A stretch of DNA of 64,000 nt from contig CAXXXF010000014.1 of the NCBI GenBank assembly GCA_963667175.2, forward strand, positions 160,001 through 224,000. Direction: 5' to 3'. The translations under genes were made by a program, and so were the position numbers. The notes under the pieces were generated by a model. That model saw nothing but the letters and a program-made list of their open reading frames with translations. It had not been told where the DNA came from and made no database searches. The number at the start of each line of letters is the position of its first letter. The stretch's first letter is position 1. Origin of the DNA: Candidatus Latescibacterota bacterium. GTDB taxonomy: Bacteria > Latescibacterota > UBA2968 > GCA-2709665. Of the stretch, positions 37,184 through 48,162 are shown one piece after another.

Positions 37184-39124
37184 ATGGCAATCGACGCCTC
37201 AGCTGTGGCGGAAGCCATCGAGAGTGGGCATACACTCGCCGCCGCCGACCAGGTACTCATCGATCCGCAGCGCGGTACGCTGAACGTCCGCGTGGACGAA
37301 CTCCTGTCGGCCATACAGAACAACGATTGCCCGGCCAGCGGGGTGTGCCGAACCTTGATCCGGCTTGGGATGAACTTCGTGGGACGCGACGCCGAGATCG
37401 TGGGGTACGGCGCGGACGAGGCGGACGGGGCCCTCGAGCAGGTCCTATCCGCCATCGACGATCTCGAAGGGGCTGTTATGGCGGACGTCGTGGCTGAATT
37501 TCTCGCCGACATGAAGTCCGTCAATGGGAGCGACAGCCTCTCCGGCCTCCTCGCGGAGCGCATCGAAGCGGACCTGAATCCGGCAAGTCCGGGCGGTTCT
37601 TTTCTGACGCTGCTCAAGCGGCAGATGCGCAGCGGCGTCTACTGGGAAATGATCGGCGAGGACTTCTGCAAATTCGGCAATGATTTTGCGCGAGGTCTGG
37701 AATACCTCCGCCACTACGGATTCTGCCAGGTCTCCACCAACCCCGTATTGGCGGCCAAGGCGTTTGACGAAGACGATTCACTTGCCGATCAGCTCAAAAG
37801 CGAAATCGCGAGGCACGACAACTGGACGCAGGACCCCGAGGCTCACGCCGACGAAATCGCCATGGCGGCCACCCTCATCGCCCTCTGGCCCAACCTGTCC
37901 ATTTTCAGGCCGCTCGCGGTGCATACGGACCTTGAAGACTATATGGTCAGCTTCCAGCTCAATCCCAACATCGCCGATCGGGCCGACGCGAGTATCGAGG
38001 ATGCGCGAAACGCGTACGGGCTGGCCGCCGACTTCCTCGAAGGATACGACCGCCTGCTGGGCCTGGGCGAACGCTCCGGCCGGGTGAACCCGAACATCGT
38101 CTTCAAAGTCGCCGCCAGCCACGAGGCCGCCCGAAAGATAACGACGACGCTCAACGGCAATGCCATCGGTTCCAACAATACCGTGGTCTACACCGTGGCC
38201 CAGGAAGTCCAGTTGATCCTGGATGCGTTCGAGGGCAAGGCCCGGGCCGCAAAGGCGGGTGAACAGGTCGTGCGCACCTACGAAACCAACATGGGCGGCC
38301 GGTTCGTAAGTCACCTTCGGGAGGTCGAAGCCGAGAAGATCTTTCTCGACGCCGCGGCTAGGGCGGGTGAAGGCAGGGCGAGCGAACTCCTCGACGCCCT
38401 GGCCGCCGATCTGGACGCCGGCGATACGCCAGACGGGTCCCTGGCCGAGAGGGCCGGGGCCGTCTGCGCTTACGCGAATCTCAAATCCCTCGACCACCGC
38501 ATCGTCCTGGAAGCCGCCGAAGCCGCCGGCCAGTCCGCGGACGCGATCCTGCTGCTGGAAGAAGATCTGAAGAAAGCGGGCACCCTGGTGGCCCGCCGCG
38601 TCTACTGGGTCTTCTTCAGCCCGGAGAACCGGCCGAAATGGGTCGCCCATCTTCGCAGGACATGCGGCGTCACGGACGACCAGGCAGAGTGGATCGTGGA
38701 TTCCATGGACGTCCTTCCCGCTTCCAAACGCATTCCCGAAGACTCCTTCCACACGCTGGGCGCGTCCAACATGTGCAACACCGAGTTTCCGAACCACGCG
38801 CGTGCCGTCCAGATGGCCTCGGAAGCCGACGGCTTCAGCCTTGAGGACTTCCGTGACGCGGTGCTGGATTCCTACGAACCCGGCGTGGACCAGCGCCTGC
38901 GCGAACTTTCCGATTTCTGCCGCGGATACGACCTGACGCCCTCCCTCAAGGACTTTCTGCAGAACGTCGTCGGCATCGATGTCGCCGGCTGGCAGACCCG
39001 GGGCCTGGAACCCGGCGACTGGCCGGATTTCGGTTCCGTGCAGAAAACCAGCGCCGAGTTCCAGGACGCCTACGACACCTTCGCCGGCAAATGCGTCGCC
39101 ATCGCCCGAGAGGTTGCGGATTAG
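37184..39124 (+). CDS. Transaldolase family protein, extended (646 aa)
   Basis: VSTNPVLA, VSFQLNP, PNIVFKV (Schiff-base Lys position), NNTVVYTVAQ. Confidence 0.7.
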   Translation: MAIDASAVAEAIESGHTLAAADQVLIDPQRGTLNVRVDELLSAIQNNDCPASGVCRTLIRLGMNFVGRDAEIVGYGADEADGALEQVLSAIDDLEGAVMADVVAEFLADMKSVNGSDSLSGLLAERIEADLNPASPGGSFLTLLKRQMRSGVYWEMIGEDFCKFGNDFARGLEYLRHYGFCQVSTNPVLAAKAFDEDDSLADQLKSEIARHDNWTQDPEAHADEIAMAATLIALWPNLSIFRPLAVHTDLEDYMVSFQLNPNIADRADASIEDARNAYGLAADFLEGYDRLLGLGERSGRVNPNIVFKVAASHEAARKITTTLNGNAIGSNNTVVYTVAQEVQLILDAFEGKARAAKAGEQVVRTYETNMGGRFVSHLREVEAEKIFLDAAARAGEGRASELLDALAADLDAGDTPDGSLAERAGAVCAYANLKSLDHRIVLEAAEAAGQSADAILLLEEDLKKAGTLVARRVYWVFFSPENRPKWVAHLRRTCGVTDDQAEWIVDSMDVLPASKRIPEDSFHTLGASNMCNTEFPNHARAVQMASEADGFSLEDFRDAVLDSYEPGVDQRLRELSDFCRGYDLTPSLKDFLQNVVGIDVAGWQTRGLEPGDWPDFGSVQKTSAEFQDAYDTFAGKCVAIAREVAD

Positions 39125-39268
39125 GTATCCGATAACGGCGCGCGAGTACAGTCAATTCCCGCATTTCCGGGGAAATCGTAATCGTGGCAGGCGCAGCGCC
39201 TGTCCCTTCGTCGTTTGTTCATCCGCGCAGGACCGCAAGACGACCGCCCGACCAGACCCGCTTTCCTT

Positions 39269-40501
39269 ATGAAAACGACAAATCAGGATTCCTGGATCAC
39301 GCAACTCGACCGTGCCGTCGATGGGTTGGAGGACCGCATGGTGCAGACCAGGCGGCATCTCCATGCCCATCCCGAGGTGAGTGGCGAGGAGACGGAGACC
39401 ACCCGGTACCTGGAAGCGCAGCTGGCGTCCGACGGCTTCCACGTCCGCACGGGTCCCGCCGGCCGCGGGGTGATCGCCGAGTCCTCCGGAAACGGGTCGG
39501 GGCGCAGAATCGCCATGAGGGCCGACCTGGATGCGCTACCCATCCAGGACGCCAAAGCCGTCGACTATCGCAGCAGCGTGCGCGGGGCGATGCACGCCTG
39601 CGGCCACGACGCCCATGCCGCCGCCGTGCTGGGGGCCGCTCTGGCGCTCGACGCCGCCGGAAAATCCGGAAACCTGCCCTGGCCCGTTTCCTGGCGGGCC
39701 ATCTTTCAGCCGGCCGAAGAGATCAACCAGGGCGCCCTGGAGATGATCGAAGCCGGGGCGCTGGAGGGCGTCAAGGCGATGCTGGCGCTCCACGTGGACC
39801 CGTCGCGCCCCGCGGGAACCATCGGGCATCGATCGGGCGTCCTGACCGCGCATTGCGATATATTGCGCGTGCTCGTCCGGGGCAGCGGCGGTCATGCGGC
39901 GCGACCCCATGAGTCAAGGGACCCCATTGCCGCGGCGGCCCAGTTGATCAACGCGCTCTACGCGGCGGTGCCGAGGTCGCTCGATCCGCGGCATACCGTG
40001 GTCCTGACGGTCGGCTCCGTGACAGCCGGAAGACGTTACAATGCGATTCCCGATCGCGCGGTGCTCATGGGCGCCGTACGCAGCCTCGACAAGGGCGCCC
40101 GCCGCCGGGCCCTCGAACGTGTGCGGGAGGTCGGCGAGGGGGTGGCGCGCACGTCCGGCACGGAAATCGACGTCACGTTCAGATCCGGGCCTCCGTCGGT
40201 CCTGAACGATCCGGGCCTGACCAATCTGATCCGGGATTGCGCGGTCGACCTGCTCGGGCCCGACCGGGTCCAGCACATCGAGCAGCCCAGCATGGGAGGC
40301 GATGATTTCGCCCATTATCTCAACCACGTTCCAGGCAGCCTGTTTCGCCTCGGATGCTCGGCTCCGGGGGCGCCGGTGACGAGCCTGCATTCGCCGGATT
40401 TCGACGTCGACGAACGCGCGCTGGGCATCGGCGCGAAGATTCTGGCGCGCGCGGTCGTGTCATGGTCGAAACCGAAAACTCACGACAAAGAGGCAGATTG
40501 A
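39269..40501 (+). CDS. M20D family amidohydrolase
   Basis: HAHPEVS, RADLDALP, MHACGHDAH, FQPAEE, GGHAARPH, SMGGDDF, LHSPDF. Confidence 0.93.
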   Translation: MKTTNQDSWITQLDRAVDGLEDRMVQTRRHLHAHPEVSGEETETTRYLEAQLASDGFHVRTGPAGRGVIAESSGNGSGRRIAMRADLDALPIQDAKAVDYRSSVRGAMHACGHDAHAAAVLGAALALDAAGKSGNLPWPVSWRAIFQPAEEINQGALEMIEAGALEGVKAMLALHVDPSRPAGTIGHRSGVLTAHCDILRVLVRGSGGHAARPHESRDPIAAAAQLINALYAAVPRSLDPRHTVVLTVGSVTAGRRYNAIPDRAVLMGAVRSLDKGARRRALERVREVGEGVARTSGTEIDVTFRSGPPSVLNDPGLTNLIRDCAVDLLGPDRVQHIEQPSMGGDDFAHYLNHVPGSLFRLGCSAPGAPVTSLHSPDFDVDERALGIGAKILARAVVSWSKPKTHDKEAD

Positions 40502-41628
40502 TGAGTCGAATGGAGTTCAACCCCAGTCCGGCGCCCACGGTCGGCGTGGAGATCGAGCTTGCGCTCGTGGACTCCGGAACGATGGCCCTGCGCAGCGCCG
40601 GCCAGGGACTCATCGCGCGGGTGCCGCCGCGCCTCGAGGGAACGATCAAGCCGGAATTGATGCAGTGCTACGTGGAAATCAACTCTGACGTCTGCGTGAA
40701 CCTCAAGGAGGTCGAAGCGGATCTCAGGGAGAAGCTGTGCGCGATCGAGGCCGTCGCCGATCAGGAGGGCGTGAGACTCTTCTGGTCCGCGACCCATCCG
40801 TTTTCGACGTGGCGGGACCAGGACATCACGCCCAACAGGCGGTACGCCGGCCTGGTGGACCTGCTGCAGGACACGGCGCGCCAGCTGGTCACGTCCGGGC
40901 TTCACGTGCACGTGGGCGTGGACAGCGGCGACAAGGCGGTCATGATCTGCGAATTCATCCTGCGTTACATTCCGCTCCTGCTGGCGTCGAGCTGCAACAG
41001 TCCCTTCTGGGAGGGCCGGAATACCGGGGTCTGCTCCTGGCGGTCCAAGATCATGGACGGTCTGCCCACCGCCGGGCTGCCGCCGCTGATGCGCAACTGG
41101 AGTGAATACGTCTGGCTGGTGAACCACCTTGTGGAAACCGGCTATATCGAGACCATGCGGGAAATCTGGTGGGACGTCCGACCCCACAACAAATTCGGCA
41201 CGGTCGAGATCCGCATCTGCGACATTCCAGGCGATTTCCACGATACCCTGGGCCTGGTCGCTCTGATCCAGTCCCTCGTAAAATACCTCTCCGACCACAT
41301 CGACCACGGCGCCTATCAGCACGACTGCCACCCGATGCTCATCCGGCAGAACAAGTGGCGCGCCGCCCGCTACGGCCTCGATGCCCAGATCGTCGACTCC
41401 GATACCTACCAGTTGCGGCCGGCGCGGGAAATGGTCAGACGACTCGTCGATCAACTGAAGCCGACCGCCGATGACCTGGATTGCGTTTCCTACCTGGAGA
41501 GGAATCTGGACCTGGCGGCCAGGCCGACCTGGGCCCAGCGGCAGGTGGAAATCCTGGACAGGACCGGCGATGCCCGGTCCGTCGTTCGGGAAATGACGGC
41601 CGCCTCCCGCCTGACGTCCCCGGCCTGA
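40501..41628 (+). CDS. YbdK family carboxylate-amine ligase (GCS2)
   Basis: TVGVEIEL, GLHVHVG, NSPFW, WWDVRPH, GTVEIRICD, NKWRAARYG. Confidence 0.93.
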   Translation: MSRMEFNPSPAPTVGVEIELALVDSGTMALRSAGQGLIARVPPRLEGTIKPELMQCYVEINSDVCVNLKEVEADLREKLCAIEAVADQEGVRLFWSATHPFSTWRDQDITPNRRYAGLVDLLQDTARQLVTSGLHVHVGVDSGDKAVMICEFILRYIPLLLASSCNSPFWEGRNTGVCSWRSKIMDGLPTAGLPPLMRNWSEYVWLVNHLVETGYIETMREIWWDVRPHNKFGTVEIRICDIPGDFHDTLGLVALIQSLVKYLSDHIDHGAYQHDCHPMLIRQNKWRAARYGLDAQIVDSDTYQLRPAREMVRRLVDQLKPTADDLDCVSYLERNLDLAARPTWAQRQVEILDRTGDARSVVREMTAASRLTSPA

Positions 41629-41652
41629 CCCCCGCCGTCCCGATCGCTCACG

Positions 41653-41686
41653 AAAAGAAAAGGCGCATCCCTCACGGCATGCGCCT
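41653..41686 (-). terminator. Intrinsic terminator after purE
   Basis: Minus strand aggcgcat-loop-atgcgcct followed by a T-rich tail; lies between convergent genes. Confidence 0.7.
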
Positions 41687-41715
41687 CCAATCCGCCAATC
41701 AGTCGATATCCGATG

Positions 41716-42162
41716 CTAACCTTCCGCGAGGCCCTTCTTGTAGGCCTCCAGCTTCTCCTTGACGCCCGCGTCCGTCTGCGCGATGATCTGTGCGGCGAGC
41801 ACGGCGGCGTTTCTCGCGTTGTCGATCCCCACGCAGGCCACGGGCACTCCGGGCGGCATCTGTACGATCGCATACAGCGAATCGATCCCGTTCAGCGCCC
41901 CGGAGGCGACCGGCACCCCGATGACGGGCAACGTGGTATGCGCCGCCATCACGCCGGGCAGCGCCGCCGCAAGGCCCGCGCCGGCGATAATGACTTTCAG
42001 CCCGCGCGATTCTGCCGTGCGCGCAAACTCGCCCGTCCGATCGGGGTTCCGATGCGCGGACGACACGGTCATCTCGTACGGTATGCCGAATTCTTCAAGA
42101 ATGGGTATTGCCTTCTGCATGATCGGTTCGTCGGACTTGCTGCCCATAATTATGCCTACCAC
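41716..42162 (-). CDS. purE: N5-carboxyaminoimidazole ribonucleotide mutase
   Basis: [37 protein letters not shown]; GTG start after GGAGGAGG. Confidence 0.96.
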   Translation of the reverse strand: MVGIIMGSKSDEPIMQKAIPILEEFGIPYEMTVSSAHRNPDRTGEFARTAESRGLKVIIAGAGLAAALPGVMAAHTTLPVIGVPVASGALNGIDSLYAIVQMPPGVPVACVGIDNARNAAVLAAQIIAQTDAGVKEKLEAYKKGLAEG

Positions 42163-42223
42163 AATCCTCCTCCTCTGGTATGTTTGAACGGCTTGATGAC
42201 AGATTCGCCTCACTGGAATCGCC

Positions 42224-43504
42224 TCAGTTTCCCGCGCGTTCGAGCGCTCGGTATCCGATGTCCCTCCGGTAGGTTGCATTATCGAACTGTATCTTCCCGA
42301 CCGCCTCGTACGCGCGACGGACCGAAGCCCGAATGTCCTCCCCGATGGCCGTAACGCCCAGAACCCGACCGCCGCCCGTCACCGTTGCCCCTTCACTCCG
42401 CGCCGTGCCCGCGTGGAACACCATCACGTCGTCCAGTGCTTCCGCCTCGTCCATGCCCGAAATGGCAACTCCCGTTTCAACCGCGCCGGGATACCCTCCG
42501 GAGGCCAGAACGACGCAGGTTGCGGCCCGGCTGTCCAGTTCGATCTCCAGGTCTTTCAGCGTGCCGTCGGACACCGCCACCATAATGTCGACAAGATCGG
42601 TCTTGAGCAGCGGCAGCACCACCTGCGCCTCCGGGTCGCCCAGACGGCAGTTGAATTCAATGACCCGGGGGCCGCGGTCCGTAATGATCAGGCCGCCATA
42701 GAGGATCCCCTTATAGGGCCGCCCCTCCGCGGCCAGCGCCTTCACGGTCGGAATCATCACGCGTTCCAGAATGGATTGCTGCATCTCCCGCGTCACCACG
42801 GGCGCCGGCGCGTACGCGCCCATTCCGCCCGTATTGGGGCCGGTATCGCCCTCGCCGATGGTCTTGTGGTCCTGCGACGGCACGATACACACCACGTGTT
42901 CACCGTCGCTAAACCCCGTAATCGACGCTTCCTCGCCCGCCAGATATTCCATAACGACCAGTTTATCTCCCGCGGCGCCGAATTCCCGGTCCACCATCAC
43001 CCGGTTCACGGCACGCAGCGCCTCGTCAACCGAAGTACACACCAGGGCGCCCTTTCCCGCGGCCAGACCCGATGCTTTCAACACCACCGGCGCCCCCCAA
43101 TCCCGCACGAACCCGCGCGCGGCGTCCGGGTCCGTAAACGTCCGATATTGGCCGGTTGGAACGTTGTATTTGCGCATCAGACGGAGCGCGAAATCCTTAT
43201 CGGCCTCAATTCGGGCGGCTTGCCGCGAGGGGCCGAACACGCGAAGGCCGACCGCTTCGAAACGGTCTACAAGCCCGTCCGCAAGCGGTTCCTCCGGCCC
43301 GACCACGGTCAGATCGATCCGCTCCCGCTGCGCGAATCCCACCAGACCGTCCAGATCGTTTACGCCGACGTCCACGCAGGTGGCATGTCTTGCCATTCCG
43401 GGATTGCCCGGAGCGGCATAGATGCCGGTCACTTTCGGACTCCGGGAGATCTTCCACGCAAACGCGTGCTCGCGGCCTCCCTTTCCCACAATCAGGACTT
43501 TCAT
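42224..43504 (-). CDS. purD: Phosphoribosylamine--glycine ligase
   Basis: [49 protein letters not shown]. Confidence 0.97.
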   Translation of the reverse strand: MKVLIVGKGGREHAFAWKISRSPKVTGIYAAPGNPGMARHATCVDVGVNDLDGLVGFAQRERIDLTVVGPEEPLADGLVDRFEAVGLRVFGPSRQAARIEADKDFALRLMRKYNVPTGQYRTFTDPDAARGFVRDWGAPVVLKASGLAAGKGALVCTSVDEALRAVNRVMVDREFGAAGDKLVVMEYLAGEEASITGFSDGEHVVCIVPSQDHKTIGEGDTGPNTGGMGAYAPAPVVTREMQQSILERVMIPTVKALAAEGRPYKGILYGGLIITDRGPRVIEFNCRLGDPEAQVVLPLLKTDLVDIMVAVSDGTLKDLEIELDSRAATCVVLASGGYPGAVETGVAISGMDEAEALDDVMVFHAGTARSEGATVTGGGRVLGVTAIGEDIRASVRRAYEAVGKIQFDNATYRRDIGYRALERAGN

Positions 43505-43605
43505 TGGCACGAATCCCCCGAATTCGAATTCATCTCTTCGCGGCGGCCCGGGCGCAACGGGGATGCATCTTCTTCGACGTCGCCCCGCGGGCCGCCCGGC
43601 AGTCG

Positions 43606-44340
43606 TTATGCCAACTCGTCTCCGGATCCATGCGCGATCACCGTTCCCAGGTCTTCGCCGTCCAGAATCCGGCCCATCGTCCCGCGCGTGTCAAAATCGA
43701 AAACATGGATGGGGAGCCGGTTGTCGCGGGCAAGTATCACCGCGGACTGGTCCAGCGCGCCCAGGTTTTCCCGCACGACGGTATCGTAGTCGACGCTGCG
43801 ATACAGGCGCGCCTCGGGACTCCTGTTCGGGTCGTCGGTGTAGACGCCGGCGGTCTTGTGTTTCGCGAAGAGAATGGCGTCGGCCCGAATTTCCAGGGCG
43901 CGCTGCACGCCGGGATAGTCCGTTGTCACGTACGGATTGCCGATGCCCCCGGCGAAGATCACGATATATCCCTTTTCGATATGGTGAATGGCGCGCAGCC
44001 GGATAAAGGGTTCGGCGACCGCGTTAATCGGAATTGCCGTCATCACGCGCACTTCGGCGTCGCTCCTGGCGGTCATCACGCCGCGCAACATCAGGCTGTT
44101 GACGATCGTACCCAGCATACCGATGTTGTGGGCTTCAGACTCTTCAATTCCCCATTGCGCGCCGAGCATCCCCCTGAATATGTTGCCGCCGCCAATGACG
44201 ACACCCACGCCGACGCCCATGCTGTGAACGGCCAGGATCTCATCCGCAATGTATTCCAAAGCGACCGGATCGAATCCGAATTCCCGATCGCCCGCGACGG
44301 CAGCGCCGCTCAATTTAAGCACAATTCGCCTGTATCTCAT
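43606..44340 (-). CDS. pyrH: UMP kinase
   Basis: RIVLKLSG, VIGGGNIFRG, IGMLGT, GIGNPYVTTD, GVYTDDP. Confidence 0.88.
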   Translation of the reverse strand: MRYRRIVLKLSGAAVAGDREFGFDPVALEYIADEILAVHSMGVGVGVVIGGGNIFRGMLGAQWGIEESEAHNIGMLGTIVNSLMLRGVMTARSDAEVRVMTAIPINAVAEPFIRLRAIHHIEKGYIVIFAGGIGNPYVTTDYPGVQRALEIRADAILFAKHKTAGVYTDDPNRSPEARLYRSVDYDTVVRENLGALDQSAVILARDNRLPIHVFDFDTRGTMGRILDGEDLGTVIAHGSGDELA

Positions 44341-45109
44341 GATTCTGGTATACTCCGGGGCGCCAATGGGAAGAAAATGAGGGATGGTTAGTGGAACAGA
44401 ATGGTTCGGTCCCGGGACAGACGATGGGAACCGGTTATGCCGATATCACGCGGCGGCCCGATGGGGATATCGGGAGCGCCTGACGCGGAACGCCTCGCGG
44501 CGGCGCTGTCCTGGATGCCATACCGATTTAATATAGAACCGTCACGGCGCGTGTCAACGGAATTTAATTCCTCCCCATCGGCAAGTCACCGGCAACAGGC
44601 CTTCAAGGGGAGACGTAAGACGGGAGAGGAGATGAATACCCGTTCGTTCTATTTGACGTAACAACGATGGCTTCCGAGTCGGCACGGGCTACGTGACTCC
44701 CCGCCGTTTGATTGGGACGAAGGGAAATAGCAGGTGATTGGGAGCTTAGGCATTTCTCTTGCAGGTAGGCAATTGTCGAGTGGGTTGTCCGTCTGCAGGC
44801 GACCTGTCCGGCCGCGTTGGATTAACCGCGCCCGGACCAACCGGTTTTCCTTCTTCCTTCTTCCTTCTTCCCGTCTCACCGGTTTTGCGCTCCCCTCATA
44901 AGGCGAGCAGTTGCGTTTTTTCTTTCACGATTCACGCACATTCGTTACCTTGACTCGTGGCCCGACGCCGCACGGTTTGCTCAACGGAATGGGATTCGGA
45001 CGTCCGATTGACGTGTACAAATCGTTGGAATGTATATATTTCCACTGTTTGAACTGACCCTCGACGCGGCAAGACGTTAAAGTCGAACTCATCCGTTCAG
45101 GGAGGTGAC

Positions 45110-45919
45110 ATGCCCCGCCGAAAAGTTCTCGTCACCGGCGTATACGGCCTCATTCCCGGCGCCATTTACGAGCATCTGATCCAGTCGCCCGACGCGTACG
45201 ACGCCTACGCCCTCGCGCGCAGGCGCTATCCTTCCGACCGGGCGCCCGGGGGGCGGGTACTCAGCATCCCGGACGACAGATTTCACCTCGCGGACCTCTC
45301 CGATCCGGAGGCGGTGCAGAACGCCGTCAACGGCATGGACACGGTCGTCCAGATGGCCGCCGATCCCCGGCCCGATGCAAGTTGGGACAACATCCTGAAA
45401 AGCAACGTGATCGGCGCCTACAACGTGTTCGAAGCGTGCCGCGTCGCAGGAGTCCGGCGGATCATCTACGCAAGTTCCATCATGACCAACTGGGGATATC
45501 AGGACGACGAACCCTACAAGGCCATTAGAGAGTGCCGGTTCGACGAGGTTCCCGATCCCATTCCCATCGTTACGCACGAAGACCCCACGCGGCCCACGGA
45601 ACCCTATTCCGCCAGCAAGGTCTGGGGCGAAGCCCTGGCACGATTCTACGCCGACGTCCACGGGCTATCGTGTATATCCCTGCGGATCGGGGCGGTTAAC
45701 GCCGAAGACCGCCCGGCCAGCCCCGAACTTTCCGCGGTCTGGTGCAGCCAGCGCGACGTCGTGAAGATCACCGAGGACTGTATCAACGCGCCGGACGATC
45801 TCCGCTTCGATATCTTCTACAGCATCTCCAACAACAGGTACTGTTGGGTTGACATGGGCCATGTCAGGGACGTTCTGGGCTTTGTTCCTCAGGACAGCGC
45901 TGAAGACTACATCCCGTGA
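45110..45919 (+). CDS. NAD-dependent epimerase/dehydratase (uronate dehydrogenase-like)
   Basis: VLVTG, NVIGAYNVFEA, YASS, YSASKVWGEAL, LRIG. Confidence 0.88.
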   Translation: MPRRKVLVTGVYGLIPGAIYEHLIQSPDAYDAYALARRRYPSDRAPGGRVLSIPDDRFHLADLSDPEAVQNAVNGMDTVVQMAADPRPDASWDNILKSNVIGAYNVFEACRVAGVRRIIYASSIMTNWGYQDDEPYKAIRECRFDEVPDPIPIVTHEDPTRPTEPYSASKVWGEALARFYADVHGLSCISLRIGAVNAEDRPASPELSAVWCSQRDVVKITEDCINAPDDLRFDIFYSISNNRYCWVDMGHVRDVLGFVPQDSAEDYIP

Positions 45920-46059
45920 CCGCATCTACGGTGATTCAGCCATTTTTCGCGTACACGGTGGCGGTCCCCCACGGCACAATCATCTACCGTTCGACCCGAT
46001 CTCAGCGTCATCGCGTCGGACCGGACGGTCGCCGCAGATAAATTCGAGGAACCGCTCGC

Positions 46060-47262
46060 ATGTCCACGCTGCGCATGGCCGTTGCCGGTGTCGGCGCCCA
46101 GCCGGGATCGCGCGCCAGGGGTTACCTGGCCACGATCCGCAAGCTGGCGCATCTCTACGACCTTTGCGCCATCTGCGACGCCGGCGAAGACGCCCTGCAC
46201 GCGGCGGGGGAATTGTTCGAAGTTCCGGCGCGCTATACGTGTATCGAAACGCTGCTCGATGAACAGAAACCGGACGTCTTTTTCGTTCTGCTCCCCACCG
46301 ACGGTCAGACGGTGGCGGCCCTCGCGGGCATTGCGCACGGTTGCCATATCGTCACCGAAATCCCCTATGCGCTCACGCTGGACGTGGGAGACGCGATCGA
46401 CCGCGCGGCAGGGGCAAAGGGACTGAAATGGGAAGTCGCTGAAAACGTCTGGCTCTGGCCCAGCGAACGGCTCAAACAGAAAATCGCGCGGGAAGGCGTC
46501 CTGGGCAGGCTCACCCATGCCCGGCTCCGGTATCCCGCGGGCAGTTACCACGGCCTGAACGCCGTTCGCGCGATTCTGGACAGCAGGCCCCGGCGCGCGA
46601 TGGGCTACGCCCAGGCCGTAGAGGTACCGCCCTACAAGAACTACGGCGGGGGTGACGAAACGGCCCGATGGTGGGAATCCGGCGTGATCGAATTCGAAAA
46701 CGACGTGGCGTGCATCTACGAGATGCCCACCGCCCCCGGCGCCGCTTCCGGCATGAACTGGGACATCGAAGGTCTGAACGGCTACCTCTCGGGCGGCGAA
46801 TTGACGCTTTACAACCCCGCCGGGCGCGAGACCTATCCCATTCGCGAAATCTATGAGGAAGTCGATGGAGAACGGGTCCTGGCGAGGGTTCAGGTGGACA
46901 CGGACCCTCCAGTCGCCTGGGACAATCCCTACAAGCCGTACAGGGTCTCCAGCCAGGACGACGTGGCCAAAGCCGCCATCCTCGAGAGTCTTCATACGGC
47001 CGTCACCCGCAATACAAACCCGCAATACGGCGCCGCCGGTGGCCGGCTGGACTACGAAACGTGGGTGGCGCTGCGGGAAAGCGCGGACGTGGGGGGCGGC
47101 TGGGTCGACGTCCCGCTGAATGCAGCCACGGGCCTGGAGGAACGGATCCGTGCCGAATTCATGCGCACCTACGGGGGCGACCCTGTGGCGGATGCCCGGA
47201 GACTCGTCAACGCGCCCTTCGGGCGGCTGAGCGCCATGTGGACCGTCGCGGGATGGCTGTAG
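46060..47262 (+). CDS. Gfo/Idh/MocA family oxidoreductase
   Basis: N-terminal Rossmann fold (AVAGVG, AICD, KPD), EIP at the EKP position, VAEN, SYHG. Confidence 0.8.
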   Translation: MSTLRMAVAGVGAQPGSRARGYLATIRKLAHLYDLCAICDAGEDALHAAGELFEVPARYTCIETLLDEQKPDVFFVLLPTDGQTVAALAGIAHGCHIVTEIPYALTLDVGDAIDRAAGAKGLKWEVAENVWLWPSERLKQKIAREGVLGRLTHARLRYPAGSYHGLNAVRAILDSRPRRAMGYAQAVEVPPYKNYGGGDETARWWESGVIEFENDVACIYEMPTAPGAASGMNWDIEGLNGYLSGGELTLYNPAGRETYPIREIYEEVDGERVLARVQVDTDPPVAWDNPYKPYRVSSQDDVAKAAILESLHTAVTRNTNPQYGAAGGRLDYETWVALRESADVGGGWVDVPLNAATGLEERIRAEFMRTYGGDPVADARRLVNAPFGRLSAMWTVAGWL

Positions 47263-47353
47263 TGGACGCGATCACGCGGCGAAAGGGCGGCGGATTCATG
47301 TCGTTTCTCTTCCCGCGTTGCGGGGTCGTCCGTCGATCCGGAGGCGTTCGTCC

Positions 47354-48121
47354 ATGAACAGGTCCGGAAGGCTGGCGCTGGTCACCGGCGCCGCCAGCGG
47401 CATCGGCAGAGCGATTGCGGAAAGGTTCTCAAACGAAGGTGATCGGATTATCGCCCTGGACCGTTCGGAGCGCGCCCTCGAAGAACTGGCCGGGCGGATT
47501 TGCGGAGTCATTCCGTGCGTCTTCGACCTGAACGATCTGGAGTCCATACCGGAACTGGTGGCGGGCGTCGCAAGAGAGAACGGCGCCATTGACGTACTTG
47601 TGAACAATGCCGGGGCCTGGTGCTATGAACCCCTGGTCGACATCGCCCTCGACCGCTGGGAGGAGATCTACCGGATCAATGCGACCGCGCCATTCATCCT
47701 TACGCGGGAGGTCGCACCCGGCATGATCGAACGCGGCGACGGGGTTGTCGTCAATATTGCGTCCCGAAATGCAATGGTATCCAGCAAGGGCTCCGCGGCG
47801 TACGATTCCTCCAAAGCGGCGCTGGTCGCCTTTACCCGGACCGCCGCGGGAGAATTCGCGTCGCACAACGTACGCGTCAACGCGATCTGCCCCGGCGTGA
47901 TCAACACGCCGGCGAACGACGACCTGCTGGACGACAGGGAGACCCTGGACAATTACCTCAAGCTCATTCCTCAGGGCCGCTACGGTGAACCGGAAGAAAT
48001 CGCGGGTATTGCATACTTTCTCACCACTCAAGACGCCCGGTTCATTACCGGACAGACGCTTGTCGCGGACGGTGGACAGATGGCATTCTCGGACTGGAAG
48101 AGGCTCTTCGACAAGCCATGA
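47354..48121 (+). CDS. SDR family oxidoreductase
   Basis: TGAASGIG, NNAG, YDSSK, NAICPG, ADGG. Confidence 0.93.
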   Translation: MNRSGRLALVTGAASGIGRAIAERFSNEGDRIIALDRSERALEELAGRICGVIPCVFDLNDLESIPELVAGVARENGAIDVLVNNAGAWCYEPLVDIALDRWEEIYRINATAPFILTREVAPGMIERGDGVVVNIASRNAMVSSKGSAAYDSSKAALVAFTRTAAGEFASHNVRVNAICPGVINTPANDDLLDDRETLDNYLKLIPQGRYGEPEEIAGIAYFLTTQDARFITGQTLVADGGQMAFSDWKRLFDKP

Positions 48122-48162
48122 TAATGATGCCGAACAGCAACTTGCACTGAGAGAGGACAGAT

